Assembly: GCF_009914755.1 (NCBI RefSeq)
Contig: NC_060947.1
DNA: 64,000 bases
DNA from: the human T2T-CHM13v2.0 reference genome, Homo sapiens
Strand: one strand, 5' to 3'
Below, in pieces: positions 11,901 to 30,157 of the stretch. The position numbers and the translations under genes were made by a program. Every line of letters begins with the position of its first letter. Within the stretch, counting starts at the first letter, position 1. The notes under the pieces were generated by a model. It had not been told where the DNA came from. It ran no database searches and saw only the letters and a program-made list of their open reading frames with translations.

Positions 11901-14050
11901 ATATACTTTCTTCTTTTGATTCTTCTGACAAATTATTTCTTCTGTGTGAACAATTCTTCCATTAAGAGACTGATGTATTCTTTTTTATGCCAATTACATT
12001 TTTCAATTCCAGATTTTCTGCTTTATTCTTTTAATTATTTCAATCTCTTTGCTACATTTTTCTCATGGAATTTTGAATTCCTTCACTGTGTTATTTTTAA
12101 TTTCTTTGGGTTTCCTCAAAATAGATATTTTTGAATTCTCTGTCTAAAAGGTCTTATGTCTGTTTCTCCAGGATTGGTTTACGGTGACTTATTTAGTTCA
12201 TTTTGTGAGTTTATGTTTTCACGGCTAGTCTTGGTGCTTGTAGACATTTATTGGTTTCTGGGCATTGATGAGTGAACTATTTGTTGTTGTCTTTAAAATC
12301 TGGCATTCACAATCTGTGCTTATCTTTTGGGGGAAGGCTTTCCAGGTATTCAAACTGACTTGGTCTCCCAGTCCAGTGACGCTGTGGTTCTTGCAGGCTT
12401 TTAGAGGTATCACCTTGGTTGTCTTGGATAGAAACAAACAGCATGTCTCTCCCTGTGCTGAGCTGCCTGGAGATAGGGGTGAAGTGACACAAGCACCCCT
12501 GTGTCCACCACTACTGAATCTGCCCTGGGTCAGACCTGAAGCCAGCATATCACAGGGATTCAACCACAGTCCACTCTAACCACTACCTGCTACCATCTGT
12601 GTTCACTCAAGGACCGAGGTCTCTACAATTAGCAGAGTGCAAAGCCAGTCAGTTTTGTGTCCTTCTTTACAGTGTGACAAGTTCCTCCAGGCCCTAGGTG
12701 GGTCCAGAGATGCTGTCTCGAAGCCAGAGATTGAAGTATAAAACCTTAAAAATCTACCTGGTGTTCTATTCTACTATGGTGAACCTGGCATTCAAACCAC
12801 AAGATGTCATTCCAGCTCTTTCCTCCCCCTTCTAAAAGCAAAGAAGCTTCTCTCCATGGCCATCACCACCATTGGCCCGTGAGCAGTTCTTTCATTTTCC
12901 TGCCAGTGTTTACTTAAGACCCAAGTACTCTTCAGTCAGCTTATGGTGAATGTTGCCAGGCCTCAGAGTCACCCTTCAAGGCCCCTGTTGCCCAGGACAG
13001 GTCCGGAAATGAAGTCTAAGACCCTGGGACTTGTCTCAGAAACACCAAGAGCCTAATTTGCGCTCTACTCCACTGTGGCTGAGCTGGTACCTGAAACCAG
13101 CACATCTCAGTCTCACCCAAGGCCCATGGTGTAGTACCTAGGTATTACTGTTGATTATTTAGGGCCCCGGGGCTTTTTAGTCAGCTAGTGATGTACCTTT
13201 CCAGAACTGTGTTCTTTCCTTCAATGCAGCAGGTTGCCTTCTGGCTCAGAGTTTGTTTAAAAATTCATCTGGAAGCTTGACCCTGGGATGGGAACCTCAT
13301 GACTCTGTCTGGTGCCCTGTCATACTGTGGCTGAGCTGATATCCAAGGTGCAAGACAAAATCTTCTTTACTCTTCTTTCTCCTTTCCTCAAGAAGAAGAA
13401 ATGAATCACTTTAATTGCTGTGAGCTTCACTTCCTTTGGTTGGAGGAGGGGTAGTGCAGGCGCTACCCCATTGACTCCATCTGGTGTCTTACTAGGTAAC
13501 ACACTGTCCCAGTCCACTTTCTCTAAGCCCAGCACAGCATGAAGCCTTGCCTAAGAATTGCAGTCCTTGTGTACTAGACTGCCTTTCATCTTCACTGAGG
13601 ACCCCAGGGCACTTTAACTCATGGTGGCAAGGTTTGCCAAAACTCGAGTTCTGACTGTCCCCCTACCTATGCTGGTTCAAATGCTCCCTCTGTGGGTGGC
13701 TACTGTCTGATTTCAGCATGGTTTTGTTTTCTTCTGTAACAGTGCAGCAGAGACTTCAATGCAACCTTTCCCAGTCACTTAGTTCTCCCTTTACCAATTC
13801 TTCTCCACAGATTCTCTTTGCCATGTAGCCACTGCTGGGGGAGAGGATAGTGGAGGCATTGGCAATTGAAGACAGTCTTTTCTCCCTCTTCAGTGCCTCT
13901 TTCAATGATATAAATTTAAAGCTAGATATTGTTATTGTTCAAATAAACTTTGGTTTGATGGAGGTGCTTTTTGTGTGGATAGTTGTTAAAAGTTGGTGTT
14001 CATGCAAGGGGTTGATTGGTAAAGCCTTCTACTTGATCTTCTTGCAGCAC
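8970..14050 (-). mobile_element. L1MA/L1M2-type element: 3'UTR and ORF2 C-half (8970-11100), internal deletion, then ORF1 relic and 5'UTR
   Basis: L1MA-type 3' end ctactatcaaatactaggtcttattc; ORF2 peptide [15 protein letters not shown]; ORF1 peptide HPVKILIKHEGEIKTLPEKEKLNNFINTRPVLKEML (11265-11531). Confidence 0.85.
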
Positions 14051-15064
14051 CCTAGCATACTCTTCTCAAGTGCACTAAAACATTCCTCATGATACTTCAT
14101 ATGTTGGGCCACAACCAAGATTTAATAAATTGAAGAACATTTAAATCATATGAAGTATCTTTTACAATGACAATAATATAAAACAAAAAATTAACAGCTA
14201 AAGAAGTCCTGAAAATTTAAAGAAAATTAATTTAAACAAATTACCTTTGAACAGCTAATTGATTCAAAAATAAATCAAAGAGGAAACAAAATAAATCTTG
14301 AGACAAACAAAAATGAATACACAATATACCAATCTTATGAGATATAGCAAAGGCAGTTCTAAGAGGAAGATTTACAGTAATAAATGCCTACATCAAAAAA
14401 ATAAAAAATCTCAAATACACAGCATAACTTTACATCTCAAAGAAGCAGAAAAAAATCTAAGTCCAAAGTAAAGAGAAGGAAGAAAATCACAAAGATCAGA
14501 ACAGAAATAAAATAGTAGAATAGAAAAAACAATAGAAACAATCAATTAAACTGTTTATTTTTTGAAAAGATAAACATAGTTGACAGACTCTTATACTAAT
14601 AACAACAAATATTCAAATAAATAAAACTAGAAATAAAAGAATAGACATTATAACTGATACCACAAAAAATAAATTGTAAATTATAGAAGAGTAAAATAAA
14701 CAGTTTTATACTAACAAATTGGATTACGTAGATAAAATGTATAAATTCCTAGAAATATACAACAAACAAATATTGACTCACAGAAAAATAGAAAATCTGA
14801 ACAGGCCAATAAAAAGTAATAGATTAAATCGGTAATAAAATGTCTTCCAGCAAAGGAAAGAAAAAAAAAACTTATTGGCTTCACAGTTACATTTTACCAA
14901 ACATTTTAAAAACTAATACTGAACTTTCCCAATATCTTCCTAAAAAGTAAAGAGAAAAAATACTTTTGTATTTATTTTTCCAGGCTAGAATTACCTTCAC
15001 ATTTAAGCCATATAAAGATACCACAAGAAAAGAAAATTACAGGACAGTATCTCTCATGAACATT

Positions 15065-15615
15065 TGTATTAGTAAGCATTCTCCAGAGGAACAGAACTAA
15101 TAGGATATATGTATATATGCAAGGGGGTTTATTAAGGTGACTCACACGATTACAAGGCGAAGTCTGACGACAGGCTGTCTGCAAGGTGAGGAGCGAGGAA
15201 GCCAGTAATGGCTCAGTCCAAGCCCCGAAGCCTAAAAAGTAGGGAAGCCAACAGTGCGGCCCTCAGTAAGTGGCTTAAGGCCCAAGAGCCACTGGTAAAC
15301 CACTGGTGAAAGTCCAAGAGTTAAAATGCCAAAGAACCTGGAGTCTGATGTTCAAAGGCAGGAAGTATCCAGCAGGAGAAAGATGAAAACCAGAAGACTC
15401 AGCAAGACAGTTTATTTCACCTTCTTCCACCTGCCTTTTCTAGCCTTGCTGGCAGCTAAGTGGATGATGCCCACCCACACTGAGGGTGGATCTCCCTCTT
15501 CCAATCCACTGGCTCAAACGTTAACCTCCTCTGGCAACACCTCGCACACACACTCGGAAACAATACTTTACATTCTTCAATTCAATCAAGTTGACATTTA
15601 ATATTATCCATTACA
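15065..15615 (-). mobile_element. MLT2A/MLT2B solo LTR (ERVL)
   Basis: tgtattagtaagcattctccagaggaacagaactaataggat...aatcaagttgacatttaatattatccattaca; TSD acatt/acata. Confidence 0.9.
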
Positions 15616-15950
15616 ACATAAATGCAAATACCCTCAACAAATTATTAGCAAACCAAATTCAGCAGCACATTAAAATAATCATACACCATGATCAAGTGAA
15701 ATTTATCCCTGGGGTTCAAGGATGGCTCAAGAAGCATATGCAAATCAATAAATGTGATACATCATACCAACAGAATGAAGTCTAAAAATTATATCATCTG
15801 AATACATGCAGAAAAAACATTTGACAAAACACAAGGAAAATTCAAGTCAACACCACCTTACATCCACTAGGATGGTTATTATCAAAACGACCAAAGATAA
15901 GTATTAGTGAGGATCTGGAGGAAAGACAAGCTGTGTAAACTGTGTGTGGG

Positions 15951-16398
15951 TGCTGTGTTTTGGATATGGTTTGTTTTTCTCCACCAAAAAATTATATTGA
16001 AATTTGATCCACAGTGTAGCAATGGTAAGAAGTGGGGCCTAGTGGGAGGTGTTTGGGTCATGGAGGCAGATACTTCATGAATGACTTGGTGCTGTTCTGG
16101 AAGTAGGGAGTGAGTTCTTGCTCTGGTGACACTGGATTAGTTACTGTGGGAATACATTAGATTCTGCTAGAGGTGGTTTTTATAAATCCAAGATGTCCCT
16201 CAGATTTCATCTCTTTTCATGTGTTTGCCTCATCTCTGACCATCTCTGCCATGTTATGACGCACCACAGAAGAACTTACCAGGCAATGACCTTGAACTTC
16301 CTAACCTGCAAAACTGTAAGATAAATACAACTTTTTAAAAATAATGTATTACCGAGTCTCGGGCATTCTGTTATAGCAATACAAAATGAACTGAGTCA
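15951..16398 (+). mobile_element. MSTB-type solo LTR (MaLR)
   Basis: tgctgtgttttggatatggtttg...ctgttatagcaatacaaaatgaactgagtca; perfect TSD gtggg. Confidence 0.9.
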
Positions 16399-18441
16399 GT
16401 GGGAATGTAAATTATTATAGTCACTATTGTAAAAAAGTATGATAGTTCCTAAAAAAAAGTAAAAATAGAACTAACACATGATCAAGCAATCCCACTTCTG
16501 TGTATATATCCAATGGAAATGAAAACAGTACGTCAAAGAGACATAAGCACTTCTATGTTCATTTTAGCATTATTCACAATAACCAAGATATGGAATCAAC
16601 ATATGTGTCCACCAATGAATGAGTGGATAATAAAAATATTAACATATATATGTACATCTGTATATAATGTATACACACAGTAGAATATTATTCAAACTTT
16701 AATTTGATGAAATTTATGTCTTTTATGAAAAGAAAATGATGAACCTGAAAGACCTTAAGTTAAGTGAATTGAGCCAGGCAGAGAGAAACAGATATTGAAC
16801 TTATGTGTGGAACACAAAAAAGTCATACTCATAGATTCAGAGACTACAAGGGTGGTTTCTAGTTGCTGGGGAGTGGGGGAAAATTGAGAGATATTGATCA
16901 AAAAGTACAAAGTTTCATTTTGAAAGGAGAAATAGGTCCTAAAGAATTAGTGTAGGGCATGTTGATTTTTTTTTAATTTTTTTTTCTTTTTTCAACCTTT
17001 AGGTCCAGGGGTACATGTGCAGGTTTTTCACATTAGTAAATTTATGTCATAGGGGTTTGGTGTACAGAATATTTTATCGCATAGGTACTAAGCATAGTAC
17101 TTGATTGTTTTTTTTTTTATTATCATCTCTATCCAAACATCCATTCATCTTGATTTGATTTTTTCTATATGGTGTAAGGAAGGAATTCAGATTCTTTCTT
17201 CTTCATATGGCTAGGCAGTTATCACAGCACCATTTATTGAACAGAAAATTCTTTCTCCATTGCTTGTTTTCACCTGTTTAGGAAAAGATCAGATAATTGT
17301 AGGTGTGCAGCATTATTTCTGGGCTCTCTATTGTATCCCATTTGTTTATATGTCTGTTTCTGTACCAGCAGCATGCTCTTTTGGTTACTGTAGTCCTGTA
17401 GTATTGTTTGAATATGGGTAACATGATGCTTCCAGCTTTGTTCTTTTTGCTTAGAATTGTCTTGGCGATTTGGGGTCCTTTTGTTTCCATATGAATTTTC
17501 AAATAGTTTTTTTCTAGTTATGTAAAGGATGTCATTGGTAATCTGATACAGAAAGCATTAAATTTGTAGTTGCTTTCAGCAATATGGCCATTTCAACAAT
17601 ATTAATTTTTGCTACCCTTTATCATGGAAGGTTTTTTTAATTTGTCTGTGTCATCTCTGATTTCTTTGAGCAATATTTTGTAAATTTTTTTGTAGAATTC
17701 TTTCACCTCCCTGGTTAGCTCTATTCCTAGGTATGTTATTATTTTCGTGGCAGTTGTAAGTGGATCACTTTCTTGATTTGGCTCTCAACTTGGATCTTGT
17801 GGTGTAGAGGAATGCTACTAATTGTTGCATGTTTATTTTGTATTATTAAATTTTGCTGAAGTTGTTTATTAGCTCAAGGAGTTTTGGGTAAGAGATTATA
17901 GTGTTTTCTAGACATAGAATCATGTCATCTGCAAATAGGAATAGTTGGCCTTACCCTCTTCCTGTTTGTAAGCCTTTTATTTCTTTCTCCTGCCTGATTT
18001 CTCTTCCCAGAACCTCAAATATTATGTAATTAGTTGAGGACGTCCTTACTTTGTGCTAGTTTTCAAGGGGAATGCTTTCAGATTTTGACAATTCAGTATG
18101 AGGTTGGCTGTGGGTTTCTCATAGATGGATGGCTCTTATTATTCTGAAGTATGTTACTTCAATATTCACTTTATTAAGGATTTTCAATATGAAGAGATGT
18201 TGAATTTTATCAAAAGCCCTCTCTGTTTCTATTGAGATAATCATGTGGTCCTGGTCTTTATTTTTACATGATGAATCAAATTTAATGATAATTTACAGTC
18301 ATATGGTGGACCAAATTTGTATCCCAGGTATAAATCCTGCTTAACTGTGGTAGATTAGTCTTTTGATGTGCTGCTGAATTGGTTTGCTTGCATTTCATTG
18401 AGAATTTTTGCATTCGTGTTTATAAAGGATATTGCCCTTAA

Positions 18442-18449
18442 GTGTGTGT

Positions 18450-18485
<36 letters not shown>
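18442..18485. repeat. (TG)n microsatellite
   Basis: ~21 TG units with one interruption. Confidence 0.95.
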
Positions 18486-18487
<2 letters not shown>

Positions 18488-18966
18488 TAAGTTTTGGTAT
18501 CAGGATGACACTGGCTCCACAGAATGACTTGAAAAGGAGGCCTTCCTTCTCAGTTTTTTGGAATACTTTCAGTAGAAATCATACCAGCCCTTCTTTGTAC
18601 ATCTGGTAGAATTTGGCTGTGAATTCATTTGGTCTTGTGCTTTTTTTTTTTTTTTTTGGTTGTTGTTGTTGATACACTATTACTGATTCAATTTTGAAGC
18701 CCATTATTGGCCTGTTCAGGGATTCAGCTTCTTTCTTGTTCAGTCTTGGGAGGGTGAATGTTTCTAGGAATGTATCCATTTTTTCAGATATTCTGGTTTG
18801 CGTGTATAGAGGTGTCCATAGTAGTGTCTGATAGTTACTTGCGTTCCTTTAAGCTCAGTGGTAACATCCCCTTTGTCATTTCTAAATATGTTTATTTGGA
18901 TCTTCTCTCCTTTTTCTATATTCATCTAGTTAGTGGTCTATCTTATTATTTTTTTTCAAATAGTGA

Positions 18967-19290
<324 letters not shown>

Positions 19291-19478
19291 TGTATGTTTT
19301 TATGTTTGTTTCACAGTTTCCTTCAGTTCAGCTCTGATTTTGTTTCTTTTCTTGTCTGCTGCTACTTTTAAGGTTGGTTTGCTCTTGCTTCTCTTGTTCT
19401 AGTTATGATGTTAAGTTGTTAATTTGAGATTCTACTAGCTTTTTGATGTGGGAATTTAGGGCTATAAATTTCCCTCTT

Positions 19479-19766
<288 letters not shown>

Positions 19767-20150
19767 TTAATACTGCCTTGCCTTAGCTGAGTTCCAGAAA
19801 TTCTGGAATGTCATATTTTTGTTCTTTTAACTTTCTAATAACTTCTTGATTTCTTCCTTAATTAAATTATTTGCCCAAAAGTCATTCAGGAGCAGGTTGT
19901 TAAATTGTTATGTAACTGTATGGTTTTCAGAAGTTTTCTTCATTTTGAATTTTTTTTATTGTGCTGTAGTCTGAGGGTGGTGTTGGTATGATTTTATTTT
20001 ATTATTTTTTAATTTGCTGAATATTGTTTTATGCCCAACTGTGTGTTTGACTTTAGATTATGTGCCATGTACTGATGGGAAAAATGTGTACGCTGTTGTT
20101 TGGGGGTGGAGAGCTCTGTAGATATCTATTATTTCCATCTGGTCAAGTGT

Positions 20151-20224
20151 TTAGTTCAAGTCCTGGATAACTTTGTTAATTTTTGTCTTAGTTCAAGTCC
20201 TGGATATCTTCGTTAATTTTTGTC
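20151..20224. repeat. 37-bp tandem duplication inside L1
   Basis: ttagttcaagtcctggata(a/t)ctt(t/c)gttaatttttgtc twice. Confidence 0.9.
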
Positions 20225-20770
20225 CTTCATGATCTGTCTAGTACTATCAGTTGGGTGTTGAAGCCTCCCACTATTATTGTGTAAAAATCTAAGTCTCTCT
20301 TCATTGGTCTCTAAGAACTTCTTTTATGAATCTGAGTACTTCTGTGTTTGGTGCACATTTATTTGGGATCGTTAGGTCTTCTTGTTGAATTGATCCCTTT
20401 ATTATTATTGAATTCCTTCTTCTGTTTGTTTTGATCTTCATTGATTTAAAGTCTGTTTTATTTGAAATTAAAATTGAGACCCCTGCTTTTTTTGTTGTTT
20501 GATTTCCATTTGCTTGGTAGACTTTCCTCCATCCTTTTACTTCAAGCCTGTGGGTGTGATTGCATGTGAGATGGATCCATTGGAGACAGCATACCATTGG
20601 GTCTTAGTTCTTTATCCACCTTGCCACTCTATGTTTTTTAATTGGGGCATTTAGCTGATTTATATTCAAGCTTAATATTGATATTTGTGGATGTGATTCT
20701 GTCATCATGTTGTTAGGTGGTTTTTATGCAAACTTGTTTGTGCTATTGCTTTATAGTGTCACTTGTCTGT

Positions 20771-21178
20771 TGTATTAGGCTGTTCTTGCATTGTTATAAA
20801 TAAATACCTGAGACTGGGTAATTTATTTTAAAAAGAGTTTTATTTTGCTCATGGTTCTGCAGGCTGCACAGGAAGCATAATGCTGGCATCTGCTCAACTT
20901 CTGGGGAGGCCTGAGAAAACTTACAGTCATGGCTGAAAGTCAAGGGAGAGCAGACATGTCTTACATGGCAGCAGGAGGCGCAAGAGTGAAAGGCGAGATG
21001 GCTACACACTTTTAAATAACCAGCTCACACAATAACTCACTCATTATCATAAGGTCAGTACCAAAAGGGAAGGTGCTATACCACTCAACCAATCACCTCC
21101 CACCAGGCCCCACCTTCAACATTGGGGGATTACAATTCAACATGAGATTTTGTGGGGACACAAATTCAAACCATATTA
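20771..21178 (-). mobile_element. MSTA/MSTB LTR
   Basis: tgtattaggctgttcttgcattgttataaataaatacctgagactgggtaattt...aaattcaaaccatatta. Confidence 0.9.
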
Positions 21179-21985
21179 TTTTAGCCCGATCGCTCTTAAA
21201 TCCCATGTCCTTCTCACATTGCAAAATACAAGTATACCTTCTCAACCATCCTCCAAAAATCTTAACTCATTCTAGCATTAACTCACAGGCCCAAAGTCCA
21301 AAACTCATCTGAGATAAGGCAAGTCCCTTTTACCTATAAACTTGTAAAACCAAAAAAAAAAAAAAAAAAAAAAACATTATTTACTTCCAAAATACAATGG
21401 GAATATAGGCATTGGGTAAATACTCCCATTTCAAAAGGGAGAAATTGAACAAAAAAAAGGAGGCTCAGTCCCCACACATGTCTGAATCCCAGCAGAGAAC
21501 TCAGTAGATCTTAAAGCTCCAACATAATCTCCTTTGACTTTATGTCCCACATCCACAGCACGCTGCTGCAAGGGGTAGACACTTGAGGTCTTGTGTAGCT
21601 TCAATCCTGTGCCTTTGCAGGGTTTAGCCCCCACAAGTGTTCTCATGGTGTGGCTTTGAGAGGCTGCAGTTTTTCCAGGCACAGAGTGCAAGCTGTCAGT
21701 AGATCTACCATTCTTTGATCTGAAGGATTGTGTCCCTCTTCTCACAGCTCCACTAGTTAGTGCTCCAGTATGCACTCTGTGTGAGGTCTCCAATCCCACA
21801 TTTTCCCTCCACATTGCCCTGGTAGAGGTTCTCTGTGATTACCTCTCCCCTGCAGGTACTTCCTGGACATGCAGGCTTTATCCTACATCCTATAAGGTTT
21901 AGGCACAGGCTTCCAGCTGTCGACTCTTAACACTCTGTGCACCCACAGGCTCAACAGCATATGGGATCCACCAAGGCTTATGGAT
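21179..21985 (-). mobile_element. MST internal sequence (truncated, no second LTR)
   Basis: aaatcccatgtccttctcacattgcaaaataca, tctgagataaggcaagtccc, caagctgtcagtagatctacc. Confidence 0.85.
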
Positions 21986-21989
21986 TAGC

Positions 21990-23115
<1,126 letters not shown>

Positions 23116-24039
23116 AGAATTATATATTTATTTCTATACCAACATTCAGAAGACATTTAAATGCAGCAAACCTAAATAAAAAAGAAAGCAAGGGAACAAT
23201 GAAAATGAGATTGATAGTAAGTGACCCAGGGAAGTAGATTGAAGTGGAGAAGGGTATAATTAAATGTAAGTTAAGTTATTATCAAGGCCTAAGTTTAGTT
23301 TTGGATGTTGAAACTGTGAGTGCTTACTACATTATTAGAGGTAACTTACTAAATTTAAAACACACTTTGGACTGCATTCTTCTCCCCCAATTTTTTTTTT
23401 TTTTTTTAGTTTGCAGAGTGATTTTATTGTGGTTTATTCCTATTCAGAAGTCCTGCATTTCCTTTCATCTTTGAAAAATGTTCGAACTCTCTTTTGTTAT
23501 TGTAGTATAGTTACCTAGTTCTAGAGAAAATTCTTAGGATTTATGCAGTCTTTTCTTTAGCTGAATGTGGGAGATTCCAGGAGACACCAAAGTTTGTTGC
23601 TCAGAGGTTTGGGAGCATCTCAATTGAGATGGAGAATTTTAAGTGGCTAGTGCATATTAATGGCATATGACATAAAAAGTGGGGCACTTTATAACAAACA
23701 CTTTCTCAAAAGGGCAAAAGTGACACACTCATAATCAACTGCATCTTTTCCTCTGAAAAAAAAAAAACACTGTATTATTCTTATGGGGAAGTGAGGTTTT
23801 ATGATAGTGGAAGAAGGCTGTCTAGGAAAGGACTAAAAATAAAGTTGGTATGTGGGGAGTCTTAAACCTAAGGAAGAAACATTCACAAACATTCCTCTAT
23901 ACAAAGCTACTTCTTTCACCTGGACCTGAGACATCATATTACTTTCTCCCAAGAAGCCATTGTGCATTACAAAATAATAAAATCAAATTATCCATATTAG
24001 TCACTCTCTTCACTTCATTCATATGACTTTGTTAAGTTC

Positions 24040-24465
24040 ATCTTCTCAGAGAACATTTCCCTCACCATCTGATCTAAAACGTATGCCCTATTCCATTACT
24101 GTTTCTTCTTACTTTTCTTTATATTTACTTTACAACATCTATGATAGTACATTATATTGTCTTACATTTATTAATTATCATTTTTTCCCCTAGGATGTAA
24201 GCTCCATGAGAGTAAACGTGTTTTGTTTATTGCCTTTTTAAAATTTATTTTAGTGATGGAGTCTTGCTCTGTCACCCAGGCTGGAATGCAGAGGCATGAT
24301 CATACCTCACTGCAGTTCAAATTTCTGGGCTCGAGCAGTTCTCCCATCTCAGCCTTTTTAGTAGCTGGGACTACAGGTGTGCACCACTATATCTGGCTCA
24401 TTGCTGTATCTTGAAAACTTATAATAGTGTCATTCACTGTTGAATGAGTGAGCAAATGAATGAAC
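24040..24465 (+). mobile_element. L2 3' fragment interrupted by an Alu monomer
   Basis: ccctaggatgtaagctccatgagagtaaacgtgttttgtttattgc...tgttgaatgagtgagcaaatgaatgaa. Confidence 0.65.
24240..24398 (-). mobile_element. Alu monomer (FRAM/AluJ right-arm-like)
   Basis: Single arm gtcttgctctgtcacccaggctgg...ctacaggtgtgcaccactatatctggct. Confidence 0.8.
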
Positions 24466-25250
24466 TTCTGGGGCTCCTCAGGAAGGCCATGGCTATCAAA
24501 ACAAGGATGAAAGTATCTCAGTACCAGCAGCAAATATACCTTTTATAGTGGTAGTATTAGTGTTGCTCTAGTTTTCAGAAAAAAATAAAATAAGACTTAA
24601 AGTTCATTATTCTTTGGTTCATGTGCATAGACATTACTAAAATGTGAAAATCAATATTTGGAAATGGACATTTTGTTTCTATGTGTATTAGATTTCTACT
24701 GATGTTGTAACAAATTACCACAAACTTAATGGCTTAAAACAACACACATTTATTTTCTTACAGTCCTGGGGATCAGATACCCTAATTGGGTCTCACAGGT
24801 GTGTTAGCCAGGGTTGTCCAGAAGGACAAAACCAGTAGGATATAGGTATATATAAAAGGGAGTTAATTAGGGAGAATTGGCTCACACGATTACAAGGGGA
24901 AATCTCACAATAGGCTGTCTGCCTGCTGGGGAAAGAAAAAAGCCAGTAGCATGGAATCGGTCTAAGTCCAAAAGCCTCAAAATCAGCAAGCTGACAGTGC
25001 AGCCCTCACTCTTTTTTTTTTTTTTTTCTTTTTTTTTTTTTTTTTATTATACTCTAAGTTTTAGGGTACATGTGCACATTGTGCAGGTTAGTTACATATG
25101 TATACATGTGCCATGCTGGTGTGCTGTACCCACTAACGTGTCATCTAGCATTAGGTATATCTCCCAATGCTATCCCTCCCCCCTCCCCCGACCCCACCAC
25201 AGTCCCCAGAGTGTGATATTCCCCTTCCTGTGTCCAAGTGATCTCATTGT

Positions 25251-29077
<3,827 letters not shown>

Positions 29078-29140
29078 TATGATGTTAGCTGGTGATTTTG
29101 CTCATTAGTTGATGCAGTTTCTTCCTAGTCTCGATGGTCT

Positions 29141-30157
29141 TTACATTTTGGCATGATTTTGCAGCGGCTGGTACCGGTTGTTCCTTTCCATGTTTAGCGC
29201 TTCCTTCAGGAGCTCTTTTAGGGCAGGCCTGGTGGTGACAAAATCTCTCAGCATTTGCTTGTCTATAAAGTATTTTATTTCTCCTTCACTTATGAAGCTT
29301 AGTTTGGCTGGATATGAAATTCTGGGTTGAAAATTCTTTTCTTTAAGAATGTTGAATATTGGCCCCCACTCTCTTCTGGCTTGTAGGGTTTCTGCCGAGA
29401 GATCCGCTGTTAGTCTGATGGGCTTTCCTTTGAGGGTAACCCGACCTTTCTCTCTGGCTGCCCTTAACATTTTTTCCTTCATTTCAACTTTGGTGAATCT
29501 GACAATTATGTGTCTTGGAGTTGCTCTTCTCGAGGAGTATCTTTGTGGCGTTCTCTGTATTTCCTGAATCTGAACATTGGCCTGCCTTGCTAGATTGGGG
29601 AAGTTCTCCTGGATAATATCCTGCAGAGTGTTTTCCAACTTGGTTCCATTCTCCACATCACTTTCAGGTACACCAATCAGACGTAGATTTGGTCTTTTCA
29701 CATAGTCCCATATTTCTTGGAGGCTTTGCTCATTTCTTTTTATTCTTTTGTCTCTAAACTTCCCTTCTCGCTTCATTTCATTCATTTCATCTTCCATTGC
29801 TGATACCCTTTCTTCCAGTTGATCGCATCGGCTCCTGAGGCTTCTGCATTCTTCACGTAGTTCTCGAGCCTTGGTTTTCAGCTCCATCAGCTCCTTTAAG
29901 CACTTCTCTGTATTGGTTATTCTAGTTATACATTCTTCTAAATTTTTTTCAAAGTTTTCAACTTCTTTGCCTTTGGTTTGAATGTCCTCCCGTAGCTCAG
30001 AGTAATTTGATCGTCTGAAGCCTTCTTCTCTCAGCTCGTCAAAATCATTCTCCATCCAGCTTTGTTCTGTTGCTGGTGAGGAACTGCGTTCCTTTGGAGG
30101 AGGAGAGGCGCTCTGCGTTTTAGAGTTTCCAGTTTTTCTGTTCTGTTTTTTCCCCAT
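29141..30157 (-). CDS. ORF1: L1 ORF1p RNA-binding/chaperone protein, intact, 338 aa
   Basis: MGKKQNRKTGNSKTQSASPPPKERSSSP...REKG...ARR...YPAKLS...NHAKM. Confidence 0.97.
   Translation of the reverse strand: MGKKQNRKTGNSKTQSASPPPKERSSSPATEQSWMENDFDELREEGFRRSNYSELREDIQTKGKEVENFEKNLEECITRITNTEKCLKELMELKTKARELREECRSLRSRCDQLEERVSAMEDEMNEMKREGKFRDKRIKRNEQSLQEIWDYVKRPNLRLIGVPESDVENGTKLENTLQDIIQENFPNLARQANVQIQEIQRTPQRYSSRRATPRHIIVRFTKVEMKEKMLRAAREKGRVTLKGKPIRLTADLSAETLQARREWGPIFNILKEKNFQPRISYPAKLSFISEGEIKYFIDKQMLRDFVTTRPALKELLKEALNMERNNRYQPLQNHAKM

Larger units (their letters stand above)
14051..16965 (+). mobile_element. Old L1 (L1MA-like) ORF2 and 3'UTR fragments interrupted by MLT2 and MST LTRs
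   Basis: Peptide [30 protein letters not shown] (15591-15785); 3'UTR agcaatcccacttctg...aaagtacaaagtttca. Confidence 0.85.

Noticed and set aside
21431-21814. 127-aa ORF
   Set aside because: MST internal sequence, a decayed MaLR ORF relic.
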